This document shows positions 1 through 9,011 of a stretch of 35,050 nt of DNA, piece after piece. Both the position numbers and the translations under genes were made by a program. How positions within the stretch are numbered: the stretch's first letter is position 1; each line of letters begins with the position of its first letter. The stretch comes from Candidatus Omnitrophota bacterium (GTDB lineage Bacteria; Omnitrophota; Gorgyraeia; JBDRLY01), in NCBI GenBank assembly GCA_043812735.1, contig JBDRLY010000088.1, positions 1 through 35,050 of the forward strand, written 5' to 3'. The notes under the pieces were generated by a model, which was not told the DNA's origin, made no database searches, and saw only the letters and a list, made by a program, of their open reading frames with translations.

Positions 1-449
1 GGCGCTGCCGCGATAAAACACGGCAATATCAATTCCGCAAGCGTGTATTGGCGGTTATTTATCTGGCCTAAATATTTTGCAAGCGCCAGTATGGTTGCGA
101 TTTTTGCGAATTCGGAGGGCTGAAACGATATTATTCCCAAATCAAGCCAGCGTTTGGCGCCGTATGTTGTCCTGCCGAAAACTAATACCAGAACAAGCAG
201 CGCTATACCCAAAGCGTACAGGGGGTATGCAAACTCGATAAACCTGTTATAACTTACGTTAAGAATCAAAAACGCGGCAGCCGCTCCCAACAGGACCCAG
301 ACAATCTGCATGAGGGCAAAGTTTTTATGCAATAACTCTCCTCTTTGGAAAGACGCGCTGTACTGCGAAAGGAGGCCAAATAAAAATATGAATAAAACAC
401 ACAATACGATTATGTAATCGAAATCGCGCAGTTCCTGTTTTGTTATCAT
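1..449 (-). CDS. rodA: SEDS-family peptidoglycan polymerase RodA (N-terminal ~149 codons; the 3' end runs off the window)
   Basis: Absent from the ORF track because no stop is reached. Hand translation of the minus strand from the ATG at 449-447 gives MITKQELRDFDYIIVLCVLFIFLFGLLSQYSAS...AKRWLDLGIISFQPSEFAKIATILALAKYL. This shows TM helices plus the SEDS QPSEFAK motif. The start overlaps the mrdA stop (ATGA, 446-449). The position after mrdA is canonical. Confidence 0.85.
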   Translation of the reverse strand, partial: MITKQELRDFDYIIVLCVLFIFLFGLLSQYSASFQRGELLHKNFALMQIVWVLLGAAAAFLILNVSYNRFIEFAYPLYALGIALLVLVLVFGRTTYGAKRWLDLGIISFQPSEFAKIATILALAKYLGQINNRQYTLAELILPCFIAAA

Positions 450-2167
450 ATTATTTTACATTCCTTTAATTTTTTTACTAAATCCCGTATTATCGTTGCC
501 GGAATAATACCCCCGCCGGAGCCGCCGTATTCCAAAAATATCACAAATGACACCTTGGGATTATCCCGGGGGGCGTATCCCATAAACCAGGCGTGGGGCA
601 TACCTTTAGGCGTCTGTGCAGTGCCTGTTTTCGCGCCGATTCTTACATCTTCTAATTTGGCGCGCGCGCCGGTTCCCGTTGGATCCTCAACAACCCAATC
701 CAAGCCATCTTTTATGGCGGAAAGAATTCTCGCGCTTAGCGCAATCCTTTTGTACCTTGGCGAGGCAACTTCAACATCGCCTATTTTCTTTACCAGTATC
801 GGCTGCACTAAATAACCTCCGTTTGCTACGGCATTAATAGCGCGAACCATCTGTACGGGCGTAAGCATAAGATACCCCTGGCCTATAGCAAAGTTAAGCG
901 TGTCGCCCTCAAACCACGGCAGCGCATATTTTTCTTTCTTCCATTTCTTAGTAGGGACAAAACCCCGCGACTCACCGGGTAAATCAATGCCGGTTCTCCT
1001 GCCCAGTTCAAATACCGAGGCCATATTTGCGATATTATCCGCACCGGCCAGCCTCCCGAGATTGAAAAAATACACGTTACACGAATGAACCAGGCCTCCT
1101 TTTAAATTTTCGCTTCCGTGGCCGTTTGGATTCCAGCAATTAAAGGTACGGTTGCCTAAATGATAATACCCGGGGCAGGTAAATTCGTTATTCGGCGTTA
1201 TTTTCTGCGAATCAAGCGCGGCCGCGGCTGTTATTATCTTAAACGTAGAGCCGGGCGGATATAAGCCGCTTATGGCGCGGTTCAAGAGGGGCTTGCTTCT
1301 GTCTTTTAATAAACTTCTTACCTTGTTTTTTTCATCAAACCTTACGAAAACATTCGGGTCAAAACCCGGCGCGCTGCTTAATGCGATAACTTCGCCTGTC
1401 TGTGAGTCCATTACAATCGCTGCGCCGGTATGCCCGGATAGGGCATCATCAAGATATTTCTGCACGCGCCAGTCTATGGTAAGCTGAATATCCAAACCGC
1501 GCTTGGGTTCTTTTATGCCGAGTACCTTTACCGAACGGCCCCTATTGTCCACCTCAACCTGCATGCCGCCTGATTCCGCCCTTAAATATGTGTCGTAATA
1601 ACGCTCTACGCCTGAGCGGCCTATCTGATCCCTCATCTTGTAGCCGTATTCTGAAAAGGCATTCAGCTCTTCCCTGTCTATTTCCCCCAGAAAACCCAGT
1701 AAATGGCATGCCATATCTTTACGGACATAATTGCGCATGGGACGCGTCTGGATCGTAATTCCAGGCAGGAAAACTTTATGCGATTCAACCGTAATTGCTT
1801 TTTCTTTCTCTACGTCGCGCACGAGGCAAACCGGCGCAAAAGGCACGATATAATTTTCCTTGTAGCGCTCTTTCAGGTCTTCCTGGGGAATCTGCAGAAT
1901 ATCGCTTAATTTCCGGAAAGTTGCCTCCCGGCCGGTCATTTCCTGCGGGATAGCGACAATATCAAACGAAAGCCTGTTATTTACAATTGCCTCGCCGTTA
2001 CGGTCATATATAGTGCCCCGCAACCCCTCAATGGGCACCAGCCTTATCCTGTTTGATTCGGAAAGATTAGCATACCGCAGGCCTTTTATAATTTGCATAT
2101 AAAATAATCCGGCCAGTAAAAGCACGAACCCCGCGATTAATGTTATCTTAAATATTCTCAGGCGCAT
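446..2167 (-). CDS. mrdA: Penicillin-binding protein 2 (elongasome class B transpeptidase)
   Basis: 573 aa with an N-terminal TM anchor. Transpeptidase motifs are STFK (PGSTFKII), SxN (HSCNVYF) and KTG (AKTGTAQ). It lies between mreD and rodA. Confidence 0.9.
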   Translation of the reverse strand: MRLRIFKITLIAGFVLLLAGLFYMQIIKGLRYANLSESNRIRLVPIEGLRGTIYDRNGEAIVNNRLSFDIVAIPQEMTGREATFRKLSDILQIPQEDLKERYKENYIVPFAPVCLVRDVEKEKAITVESHKVFLPGITIQTRPMRNYVRKDMACHLLGFLGEIDREELNAFSEYGYKMRDQIGRSGVERYYDTYLRAESGGMQVEVDNRGRSVKVLGIKEPKRGLDIQLTIDWRVQKYLDDALSGHTGAAIVMDSQTGEVIALSSAPGFDPNVFVRFDEKNKVRSLLKDRSKPLLNRAISGLYPPGSTFKIITAAAALDSQKITPNNEFTCPGYYHLGNRTFNCWNPNGHGSENLKGGLVHSCNVYFFNLGRLAGADNIANMASVFELGRRTGIDLPGESRGFVPTKKWKKEKYALPWFEGDTLNFAIGQGYLMLTPVQMVRAINAVANGGYLVQPILVKKIGDVEVASPRYKRIALSARILSAIKDGLDWVVEDPTGTGARAKLEDVRIGAKTGTAQTPKGMPHAWFMGYAPRDNPKVSFVIFLEYGGSGGGIIPATIIRDLVKKLKECKII

Positions 2168-2169
2168 AT

Positions 2170-2658
2170 TTAGTTTAACTTGGCTGTCTTTTTAAGGACC
2201 ATAAACACAAAAGGGCTCATAAAAGCGGAGTATGCCGCGGTGGGCAAAGCCAAAAAAACAAAACTTTGCCAAAATTCCGGCATTGGCATGAATATTTGCG
2301 CGAACAAATAATAAAATAAAAAAGCGGCGATGGCAGCTACAAAGGTTGCCAGCGCCTGCACCAGCGAATGCTGTATGTAGAGGTTATTCCTGTAGTATCC
2401 TATTATAAAACCTACTATTGCAAACGAAAAAGCGTTGGAAAAAATATAGCAGCCGCTTAACGCGTCCTTTAAGAGGCCCGCGACTATGCCGCTTACCAGG
2501 CCCATTTTCCCGCCGTAAAAAAAAGCGAAAAACAGAACGCCGCTTAAGAGTAAATCCGGCTTTATCCTGTAAATAGACAGGTGCATAAACGGGGCGCTTT
2601 GAATAATCGCCAAGACCAGGAAGGATAAAATAAAATGCAGTTTATTTACTCGACGCAC
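2170..2658 (-). CDS. mreD: Rod shape-determining protein MreD
   Basis: 162-aa polytopic hydrophobic protein immediately after mreC (13-nt overlap) and before mrdA. The call rests on position and topology. Confidence 0.8.
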   Translation of the reverse strand: MRRVNKLHFILSFLVLAIIQSAPFMHLSIYRIKPDLLLSGVLFFAFFYGGKMGLVSGIVAGLLKDALSGCYIFSNAFSFAIVGFIIGYYRNNLYIQHSLVQALATFVAAIAAFLFYYLFAQIFMPMPEFWQSFVFLALPTAAYSAFMSPFVFMVLKKTAKLN

Positions 2659-3422
2659 AAAACCTCCTCGAGCTTTGTTATATCTGCGGCGGGTTTTATG
2701 TATGCGGATTTGGTAAGGTAGGATATTTCTGGCTTGATTGAAACAACTTTACCAACAAGTATCCCCTTAGGTATAGAGCCGCCCAAGCCCGAGGTTATAA
2801 CTATATCTCCGAGTTTTACGTCGGCATCCAGCGTAAGAAATTTCAATCTGCAATTGCCCCAGAGGGTCCCCTCGATAATACCCTGCTCCCTCGTCCTTTC
2901 GATAAGCGCCGCGCACCTGAAATTCGGGTCGCTGATTAGAATAACCTTGCTTGCGTCGCGCCCTACTTCACTCACCCTGCCTATAAGCCCCTCGCTCGAG
3001 ACAACCGCCATATCCTGTTTTATCGAATTTCTGCTGCCTTTATTTATTATCATTATGTCCGAATAACTCGAGGCATCGCGCGCTATAACCAGCGCGGGAT
3101 ACGCACGGTGCTTCGCCTGGGATTTAAAATTCAAAAGGCCGCGAAGTCGTTCGTTTTCCTTCGAGGCCTCCTGTAGTTCCAGTACTTTTCTCTCTAGTAT
3201 GCCCAGTTTTTCTTTTAGAAGCTTGTTCTCCTTGTGAATACGGCCCTGATAAAATATTTCCGGAAGTTCTTTTGCCGCAGCGCTTGTGCCTTCAAGCGGT
3301 AATTTTACCACGCCGACTACAAGCATCTTTAGCGCTGTGCGCACGGGTGCAGGCGACATGCATACAAAAAATAAAATGCAAATCAGAATAACGATACCTG
3401 CAAGTTTCCAGATAAATCCCAT
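2646..3422 (-). CDS. mreC: Rod shape-determining protein MreC
   Basis: 258 aa. It has an N-terminal TM segment, a coiled coil (KLLKEKLGILERKVLELQEASKENERLRGLL) and a beta-rich C-terminal part (GLIGRVSEVGRDASKVILISDPN). It follows mreB. Confidence 0.85.
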   Translation of the reverse strand: MGFIWKLAGIVILICILFFVCMSPAPVRTALKMLVVGVVKLPLEGTSAAAKELPEIFYQGRIHKENKLLKEKLGILERKVLELQEASKENERLRGLLNFKSQAKHRAYPALVIARDASSYSDIMIINKGSRNSIKQDMAVVSSEGLIGRVSEVGRDASKVILISDPNFRCAALIERTREQGIIEGTLWGNCRLKFLTLDADVKLGDIVITSGLGGSIPKGILVGKVVSIKPEISYLTKSAYIKPAADITKLEEVLCVE

Positions 3423-3453
3423 TTAAAACCTGCCCTGCCTGATAATAAGGGGT

Positions 3454-4539
3454 TTAAAACTCTGTTGTTGTGCGGGAAGGAATAGTTGCTACTGCTTTTT
3501 TGAGGTATTTTGGTTCGGAGAGATAAACCCCTGTTCCGAGCGCAACTGCCGTAATAGGATCGCTTGCCAAATGAACCGGCAACCCGGTCTCTTCCGATAT
3601 CAGTTTATCTATTCCGCGCAAAAGCGAACCGCCGCCCGCCAATACAATACCGCGCTCTATTAAATCTGCCGAAAGTTCCGGCGGGGTTTTTTCCAGGGTT
3701 ATTCTTACTGCTTCTATAATCTGCGCGATAGGTTCGGTGAGCGCCTCCCTTATTTCTTCCGATGTGATGGTTACCATCTTCGGCAACCCGGCAACCAAAT
3801 CCCGTCCCCTTACCTCAAGCGTCATTTCTTCTTCTAACGGATAGGCGCTGCCGAGCTTTATCTTTATTTCTTCTGCGGAACGCTCTCCGATCATAAGATT
3901 ATATGTTTTTTTCAGATGCTGGGTTACCGCGTCGTCCATTTCGTCGCCGCCGATGCGTATGGATTTTGAAAAAACAACGCCGCCGAGTGATATAACCGCC
4001 ATTTCCGTCGTGCCGCCACCTATATCTATTATCATGTTGCCTGCCGGTTCGTGTATCGGCAAACCTACGCCGATTGCGGCGGCTATAGGTTCTTCAACCA
4101 GGTACACTTCCCTTGCGCCTGCATGTTCAGCGGAATCTTTAACGGCGCGCTTTTCCACTTCGGTTATACCGGAAGGAATCGCAATAACCATACGCGGCCT
4201 CACAAGAACTTTTCTGCTGTGAACCTTCTTAATAAAATAACGGAGCATTTGCTCCGTTATCTCAAAGTCAGCTATTACACCGTCTTTCATGGGCCTTATC
4301 GCCATAATAGAACCAGGGGTTCTTCCGAGCATTTTCTTTGCTTCGTCACCTACGGCAATAACCTGGTTTGTGGCTTTTCGTATTGCTACGACAGACGGTT
4401 CGCATAAAACTATACCGGCACCCTTCACATATACCAGGGTTGTAGCCGTACCCAGGTCTATGCCCATATCGTTAGAAAACATACCGGGAATGTCGTTAAA
4501 CCGATGCCTTATAAACTCCACTAATATGTTAGGCCTCAT
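3454..4539 (-). CDS. mreB: Actin-like rod shape protein MreB
   Basis: Actin-fold motifs are present: [25 protein letters not shown] and [13 protein letters not shown]. The ORF-track start at 4599 is a GTG inside the predicted promoter. I prefer the ATG at 4539, which is preceded by GAAGGGGGA. Confidence 0.95.
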   Translation of the reverse strand: MRPNILVEFIRHRFNDIPGMFSNDMGIDLGTATTLVYVKGAGIVLCEPSVVAIRKATNQVIAVGDEAKKMLGRTPGSIMAIRPMKDGVIADFEITEQMLRYFIKKVHSRKVLVRPRMVIAIPSGITEVEKRAVKDSAEHAGAREVYLVEEPIAAAIGVGLPIHEPAGNMIIDIGGGTTEMAVISLGGVVFSKSIRIGGDEMDDAVTQHLKKTYNLMIGERSAEEIKIKLGSAYPLEEEMTLEVRGRDLVAGLPKMVTITSEEIREALTEPIAQIIEAVRITLEKTPPELSADLIERGIVLAGGGSLLRGIDKLISEETGLPVHLASDPITAVALGTGVYLSEPKYLKKAVATIPSRTTTEF

Positions 4540-4567
4540 AAATTCCCCCTTCGTAGGTAATAGGTGT

Positions 4568-4596
4568 ATGATACTAAAAAGCCTATTTATTGTCAA
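4568..4596 (-). promoter_or_regulatory. Sigma70-like promoter for the mreBCD-mrdA-rodA operon
   Basis: The minus strand reads TTGACA-17 nt-TATCAT (TTGACAataaataggctttttagTATCAT), about 30 nt upstream of the mreB ATG. Confidence 0.5.
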
Positions 4597-4669
4597 CACA
4601 TTCGTATCGCTATTTTATCGGCCCCTGTACACGCCAAAATAGAATACTCAGTATCAAATAATTTTCATG

Positions 4670-5962
4670 TCAAACCGCCACCGAGCGCAGCATGGCCTCA
4701 AAGCTCGGAAATGACGTGCTAATACATTGTGTATCTGTTAGTTCCATGCCTCCATCGCTGGCTAGTCCGGCAACCGCCATGGACATCGCCGTCCTATGGT
4801 CGCCGAAGCTCTCCACCGAAGCCGCCTTAAACCTGGTAGGCCCGTGTATGAGAATATTGTCTTCTGCAGAGGTGATATCGGCGCCTATTTTTTTCAAATT
4901 GGTAACCATAGAATTTATCCTGTCTGTTTCTTTCACGCGCAATTCGCCGGCGCCCCTTATCGTGGTTACGCCGTCCGCAACTGCCGCGGCAACCATTATA
5001 ACGGGAAGTTCGTCTATCAGCCGCGGAATAATGTCCGCCTCTATTGCCGTAGCGCGCAACCCGGAGCCCGCGATAGTTACGTCGCCTATAGGCTCATAAT
5101 CATCCCTGAAATTCGAAATAGTGATTTTTGCGCCCATTGCTTTAAGCACATCTATTATCCCTGTGCGGGTAGGATTTAAGCCGAGATTTTTTATAGTCAG
5201 GGAGGAGCCCGGTAGAATAGCCGCGGCTACAATAAAAAATGCGGCGCTTGAAATATCGGACGGTACCCTTATATTCTTTGATTTAAGGACGGGGCTGCCT
5301 TTTATCGAAATTGTCTCGCCGTCAATTTTGATATCTGCGCCGAATAAGCGCAGCATCCTCTCGGAGTGATCGCGGGATTTGATGGGTTCTGATATTTTTG
5401 TCACACCGTCCGCATATAAACCTGCCAATAAAATTGCGGATTTTACCTGCGCGCTCGCAACAGGCATAACATATTCTAATGGCTTAAGGGGTTTTCTGCC
5501 TTTGATAATAAGCGGTGCAAAATCGGCGTTGTCTTTGCCTTTTATCTCGGCGCCCATTTGCCGAAGCGGTTCTGTAACGCGTTTCATCGGCCGCCTGGAT
5601 AACGACTCGTCCCCGCTAACTGTAGCCTCGAATTCACAACCCGCAAGCACACCCAAGAGCAATCTCATCGATGTGCCCGAGTTGCCCAGATATAATTGCG
5701 CCGCCGGTTTTCTTAAACCGTAAAGGCCTTTCCCCTCCACAGTAACCAAGCCGTTTTTTTCATCTCTCGTTATATCCACTCCCATTGCACAAAATGCCTC
5801 AACGCTCCTTAGGCAGTCATCCGCGAATAAGAAGTTCTCTATCACAGTCCTGCCCTGCGCGATTGAACCGAGCATAACCGCGCGGTGGCTTATGGATTTA
5901 TCGGCCGGAGGCGTAACCTGGCCTTGTATCTTTTTTGCCTGTTTTATTTTTATCTTTTCCAT
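4670..5962 (-). CDS. aroA: 3-phosphoshikimate 1-carboxyvinyltransferase (EPSP synthase)
   Basis: 430 aa with AroA motifs PADKSISHRA, LGNSGTSMRLL, RVKETDR and GDHRTAMS. It lacks the MurA KNAALP and catalytic Cys loop. Confidence 0.93.
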   Translation of the reverse strand: MEKIKIKQAKKIQGQVTPPADKSISHRAVMLGSIAQGRTVIENFLFADDCLRSVEAFCAMGVDITRDEKNGLVTVEGKGLYGLRKPAAQLYLGNSGTSMRLLLGVLAGCEFEATVSGDESLSRRPMKRVTEPLRQMGAEIKGKDNADFAPLIIKGRKPLKPLEYVMPVASAQVKSAILLAGLYADGVTKISEPIKSRDHSERMLRLFGADIKIDGETISIKGSPVLKSKNIRVPSDISSAAFFIVAAAILPGSSLTIKNLGLNPTRTGIIDVLKAMGAKITISNFRDDYEPIGDVTIAGSGLRATAIEADIIPRLIDELPVIMVAAAVADGVTTIRGAGELRVKETDRINSMVTNLKKIGADITSAEDNILIHGPTRFKAASVESFGDHRTAMSMAVAGLASDGGMELTDTQCISTSFPSFEAMLRSVAV

Positions 5963-5984
5963 GTTGAGGATTGTTTTTCGGAAA

Positions 5985-6028
5985 AATCATATTAAAAAGG
6001 GCAGGGTTTTAATTTTTACCCTGCCCTT
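5985..6028 (-). terminator. Rho-independent terminator after the coiled-coil gene
   Basis: The minus strand reads AAGGGCAGGGT-aaaaattaaa-ACCCTGCCCTT followed by TTTAATATGATTTTT. This is an 11-bp GC-rich stem plus a T-rich tail, 26 nt after the stop at 6054. Confidence 0.7.
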
Positions 6029-6053
6029 ATATTTTAATCTATAATTAGTTTAA

Positions 6054-6812
6054 TTACAACGATTTTACCGCGCAGCCCTTGGCTATATTTTTTCTCTGCT
6101 CGGTCACTATGCTAGCAGCGGACATTTTTTCGTATACTTTTTCTACCTGAACCACGCCGACTTTCTTTTTGCCCTTCATTACTTCGAATGCCGCGCCTAC
6201 GCCAACGCCGTCTGCCTCGCCCAGGTTTATTACTACAAAATTATATTCCCTGTTTACGTTTAATACCTCGCCCTGTAATGGAGCCGGCAGCTCCGCCGGG
6301 TATTGCATTTCTTCCGGGGTAACTTCGATTTTCTCCAGCTCAACTTCTTTCTTCGCCATAAATTCTTTTACTTTTGCCTCAAGCGCCTCTTTTGCCTGGC
6401 GCACTTCATCCAAAAGATTCTTGGCCGATTCATAATCCTTTTTTACTTTTACCAATTCAACCGACATGGCATCCTTTTCTCTCTTTACCACATCAAACTG
6501 TCTTTTGACGGCTGTCATATCGTCAAACGCTCGTTTCTCGCGGCTTCTCACTGCATTCATACTTGCTGTTAAGGCGCGCACTTCTTCGTCCATTGCCGCC
6601 AGTCTCGCTTCCAAATCATCGTTATCGCCTCTTACGCGCTCCAGTTCTGCCTCAAGCTCCATCTTTTCCCCCGTAAGGGCGGTTATTTCCTGATTGCGCT
6701 CTTCTAACGTACTAGTAACGCTGACTAATTTAGTGGATAATGCCAATACTATTACGATTAACGCAACACATACCAATAACCATAGTATTGTGCTTAACTT
6801 TGGTTTAGCCAT
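6054..6812 (-). CDS. Membrane-anchored coiled-coil protein of unknown function with a small C-terminal beta-rich domain
   Basis: 252 aa with one N-terminal TM helix (ILWLLVCVALIVIVLALS). About 130 aa of charged heptad-like sequence follows (ELEAELERVRGDNDDLEARLAAMDEEVRAL...). The C-terminus reads GEVLNVNREYNFVVINLGEADGVGVGAAFEVMKGKKKVGVVQVEKV. It has a strong SD (AAGGAGGAAGGA) and its own promoter and terminator. Confidence 0.7.
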   Translation of the reverse strand: MAKPKLSTILWLLVCVALIVIVLALSTKLVSVTSTLEERNQEITALTGEKMELEAELERVRGDNDDLEARLAAMDEEVRALTASMNAVRSREKRAFDDMTAVKRQFDVVKREKDAMSVELVKVKKDYESAKNLLDEVRQAKEALEAKVKEFMAKKEVELEKIEVTPEEMQYPAELPAPLQGEVLNVNREYNFVVINLGEADGVGVGAAFEVMKGKKKVGVVQVEKVYEKMSAASIVTEQRKNIAKGCAVKSL

Positions 6813-6845
6813 TCCTTCCTCCTTTTTTGAATTAACTAAATTTGA

Positions 6846-6874
6846 ATTCTAACACAGCTAAAAATAGTATGCAA
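6846..6874 (-). promoter_or_regulatory. Sigma70-like promoter for the coiled-coil gene
   Basis: The minus strand reads TTGCAT-17 nt-TAGAAT (TTGCATactatttttagctgtgtTAGAAT), about 33 nt upstream of the ATG at 6812. Confidence 0.5.
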
Positions 6875-6892
6875 GAAGTTTCTTTAAAAAAT

Positions 6893-7780
6893 TTATTCGC
6901 TGAATGCCGCTATCTCAGGAGGTATTTTGCTGGAAAACTCCATATATTTTCCCGTCCTAGGGTGGTAAAAACCCAGGCTCTTTGCGTGCAGCATTATCCT
7001 GTCGGATTTATCCCCGAAGCCGTATTTCTCATCCCCTATAATGGGATGCTTCAAATAAGCCAAATGCACCCTTATCTGGTGCGTCCTACCGGTCCCGAGG
7101 CCCAGTTCCACCACAGAAAAGTCTTTACCTCTTTTCAACAGTTTATATCTGGTTTGCGCGTGTTTACTTTTCGTAAAGCACACCGCCATTTTTTTCCTGG
7201 CCCTGGGGTGGCGGCCTAACGGCAGGTTGATCTCGCCTTCGTCAAACTCCAGTTTGCCCTTAACAACGGCTATATATCTTCTTTCTACTTTGCGTTCCTT
7301 GAATTGTTTCACAAGGTTCAAGTATGTGGCATCCGTCTTCGCCGCAATCAATATTCCGGATACGTCCTTATCAAGCCTGTGCACGATACCCGGGCGCAAG
7401 GGCCCGCCAAGCGAAGCAAGTTTTCCGTGATGCATGAGGGCATTTACCAGCGTATTGTTCTGGTTTCCGGGTGCAGGATGCACAACCATGCCTACAGGCT
7501 TATTCACTACCACGACGTTATCATCTTCATAAATTATTTCAAGCGGTATATTTTGCGGCCCAACCGAAATTTCGCTTTTGGGTTTTAATTCCGCCTCTAT
7601 CACCTGGCCTGTTTTAAGTTTGATGCGCGGCGTTGCCGGCTTTCCGCCTACAAGCACAAGGCCTTCCTTAATAAGTTTCTGTATCTCGCTGCGGGAAATA
7701 TCTTTCCCCAGACGTCCTACCAGAAACAAATCCAACCTATGATGCGCCTCGTTTTCTTCTACTTTAAAAATTTCCGCCAT
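6893..7780 (-). CDS. rluD: RluA/RluD-family 23S rRNA pseudouridine synthase
   Basis: 295 aa with an N-terminal S4-like region (HRLDLFLVGRL...SRSEIQKLI). The catalytic motif HRLDKDVSGILIAAK and GRTHQIRVH are both present. Confidence 0.88.
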   Translation of the reverse strand: MAEIFKVEENEAHHRLDLFLVGRLGKDISRSEIQKLIKEGLVLVGGKPATPRIKLKTGQVIEAELKPKSEISVGPQNIPLEIIYEDDNVVVVNKPVGMVVHPAPGNQNNTLVNALMHHGKLASLGGPLRPGIVHRLDKDVSGILIAAKTDATYLNLVKQFKERKVERRYIAVVKGKLEFDEGEINLPLGRHPRARKKMAVCFTKSKHAQTRYKLLKRGKDFSVVELGLGTGRTHQIRVHLAYLKHPIIGDEKYGFGDKSDRIMLHAKSLGFYHPRTGKYMEFSSKIPPEIAAFSE

Positions 7781-8451
7781 ATTAAAACCGAGATAATTAT
7801 TATAATGCTGCAGGCTTGTGGCAAGGTAAAATTTAAAAACACAGACGGGTTGTCGCCGCGGAAATACTCAACTAAAAATCTTGCCGCAGAATACAACACA
7901 AGCAGCCTTACAAAATTTCCCTTATCAGAAGCCTTTAAGTTTCTAACCCGGATAAGGTATAAAAATATCAACAAACACAAAAATGATTCATACAGCTGTA
8001 CCGGATGCGTGAAACTACCTATGCTTTTGCCGTAACAGCAGCCATTAAGAAAGCACCCTATCCTGCCTATTGCTATGCCTAAAGCTATATACGGCGCGAT
8101 TAAGTCCGCCAGCTGGTTAAAGAATTGTTTTTTTATCCGGCAGAACAAAAAGCCGCTTAATATTGCCAGAAGTAGGCCGCCGTACAAAACCAGCCCTCCC
8201 TCATTTACCGCAAACACCGAGGCGGGATTGTCTTTAAATTCGCTGATTTTCAGCAAGACATAAAACGCCCTTGAGCCTATTACTGCCGATACAATAATCC
8301 ATAGTGACAAGTCATAAATTATGCCGCGGCTGAATCCTAATTTATCGGCGCGCCGCTGGGCGAGATACGTCGATACCATGGCAGCCAGGGCAAGCATGGT
8401 GCCGTATGAATATACAGTTATGGGCCCGAGTTTGAAGATTACAGGATGCAT
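7759..8451 (-). CDS. lgt: Prolipoprotein diacylglyceryl transferase
   Basis: 230-aa polytopic membrane protein with the Lgt signature GRIGCFLNGCCYGK. It sits directly after lspA. Confidence 0.88.
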   Translation of the reverse strand: MHPVIFKLGPITVYSYGTMLALAAMVSTYLAQRRADKLGFSRGIIYDLSLWIIVSAVIGSRAFYVLLKISEFKDNPASVFAVNEGGLVLYGGLLLAILSGFLFCRIKKQFFNQLADLIAPYIALGIAIGRIGCFLNGCCYGKSIGSFTHPVQLYESFLCLLIFLYLIRVRNLKASDKGNFVRLLVLYSAARFLVEYFRGDNPSVFLNFTLPQACSIIIIISVLIWRKFLK

Positions 8452-8486
8452 ATTAAATTAAACATTAAAAATTAAATATTAAATAT

Positions 8487-9011
8487 TTAGTTTTTCCTGC
8501 CTGCCGGCAGGCAGGTATTTTTGGTTTTTGGTTTTAGCAAGTGTACCGCCAGTATTAACACGGCAACCGTAATGGCGCAGTCAGCGATATTAAATACGGG
8601 CCACACCACAAAATCCAGAAAATCCACCACGTACCCTAACCTTATCCTATCTATAATATTGCCTGCGGCTCCTCCGATAATCAATCCGAAGCTGATGGCC
8701 TGCGGCCATCTTCTGCCGTTAAAAACGTTGGCAAATATTCTCAAGCCGATTAAAAACAGCACTGCGGCTGCGGCAAACAACAAAGAGGATGCAGCAATTT
8801 CATTTTTAAAAAGACCGAAAGCGAAGCCTTTGTTTTCAACCACGTGCAAGTAAAAGACATTTTTTATTACGGGGACGGCGCGTTCAGAAGGAATAAACTT
8901 AAGAATCAGAAGCTTGCTTATTTGGTCGGCGAGGAAGGTTCCGAGGGCAAAGAAAATAAGCCAGAACTTTAGCGTTTTTCCTTGGCTCTCTTTTCTTCCT
9001 TCGATTGGCAA
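8487..9011 (-). CDS. lspA: Lipoprotein signal peptidase (signal peptidase II)
   Basis: Catalytic-region motifs VENKGFAFG and FNIADCAI are present, with four TM segments. No in-frame ATG precedes the first TM helix. The ORF-track start at 9083 is a TTG that would overlap the dksA-like gene by 115 nt. I favour the TTG at 9011, but the start is uncertain. Confidence 0.82.
   Translation of the reverse strand: MPIEGRKESQGKTLKFWLIFFALGTFLADQISKLLILKFIPSERAVPVIKNVFYLHVVENKGFAFGLFKNEIAASSLLFAAAAVLFLIGLRIFANVFNGRRWPQAISFGLIIGGAAGNIIDRIRLGYVVDFLDFVVWPVFNIADCAITVAVLILAVHLLKPKTKNTCLPAGRKN
8496..8515. repeat. Perfect 20-bp palindrome CCTGCCTGCC|GGCAGGCAGG inside the last codons of lspA
   Basis: Read directly from the sequence. 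It encodes the non-conserved LspA tail ..CLPAGR... Confidence 0.95.

Noticed and set aside
3454-4599. Long N-terminal extensions in the ORF track for mreB (GTG 4599), ddl (TTG 17688), murD (TTG 24599) and the 87-aa version of the small ORF (32292)
   Set aside because: The extensions start at non-ATG codons, or upstream of the predicted promoter, or inside repeat elements. Internal ATGs with SD sequences give N-termini that match the family consensus.
4670-5962. Possibility that this enolpyruvyl transferase is MurA, which would fit the cell-wall context
   Set aside because: The motifs are AroA-type (KSISHRA, LGNSGTSMRLL, RVKETDR, DHRTAMS). The MurA KNAALP motif and the catalytic Cys loop are absent.
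6054-6812. Naming the coiled-coil protein as a known division factor (EzrA, ZapB, FtsB, EnvC or an MreC paralogue)
   Set aside because: Its size and domain order do not fit any of these. There is no LytM, no EzrA-length repeat and no FtsB leucine-zipper context. I cannot support a family assignment by eye.
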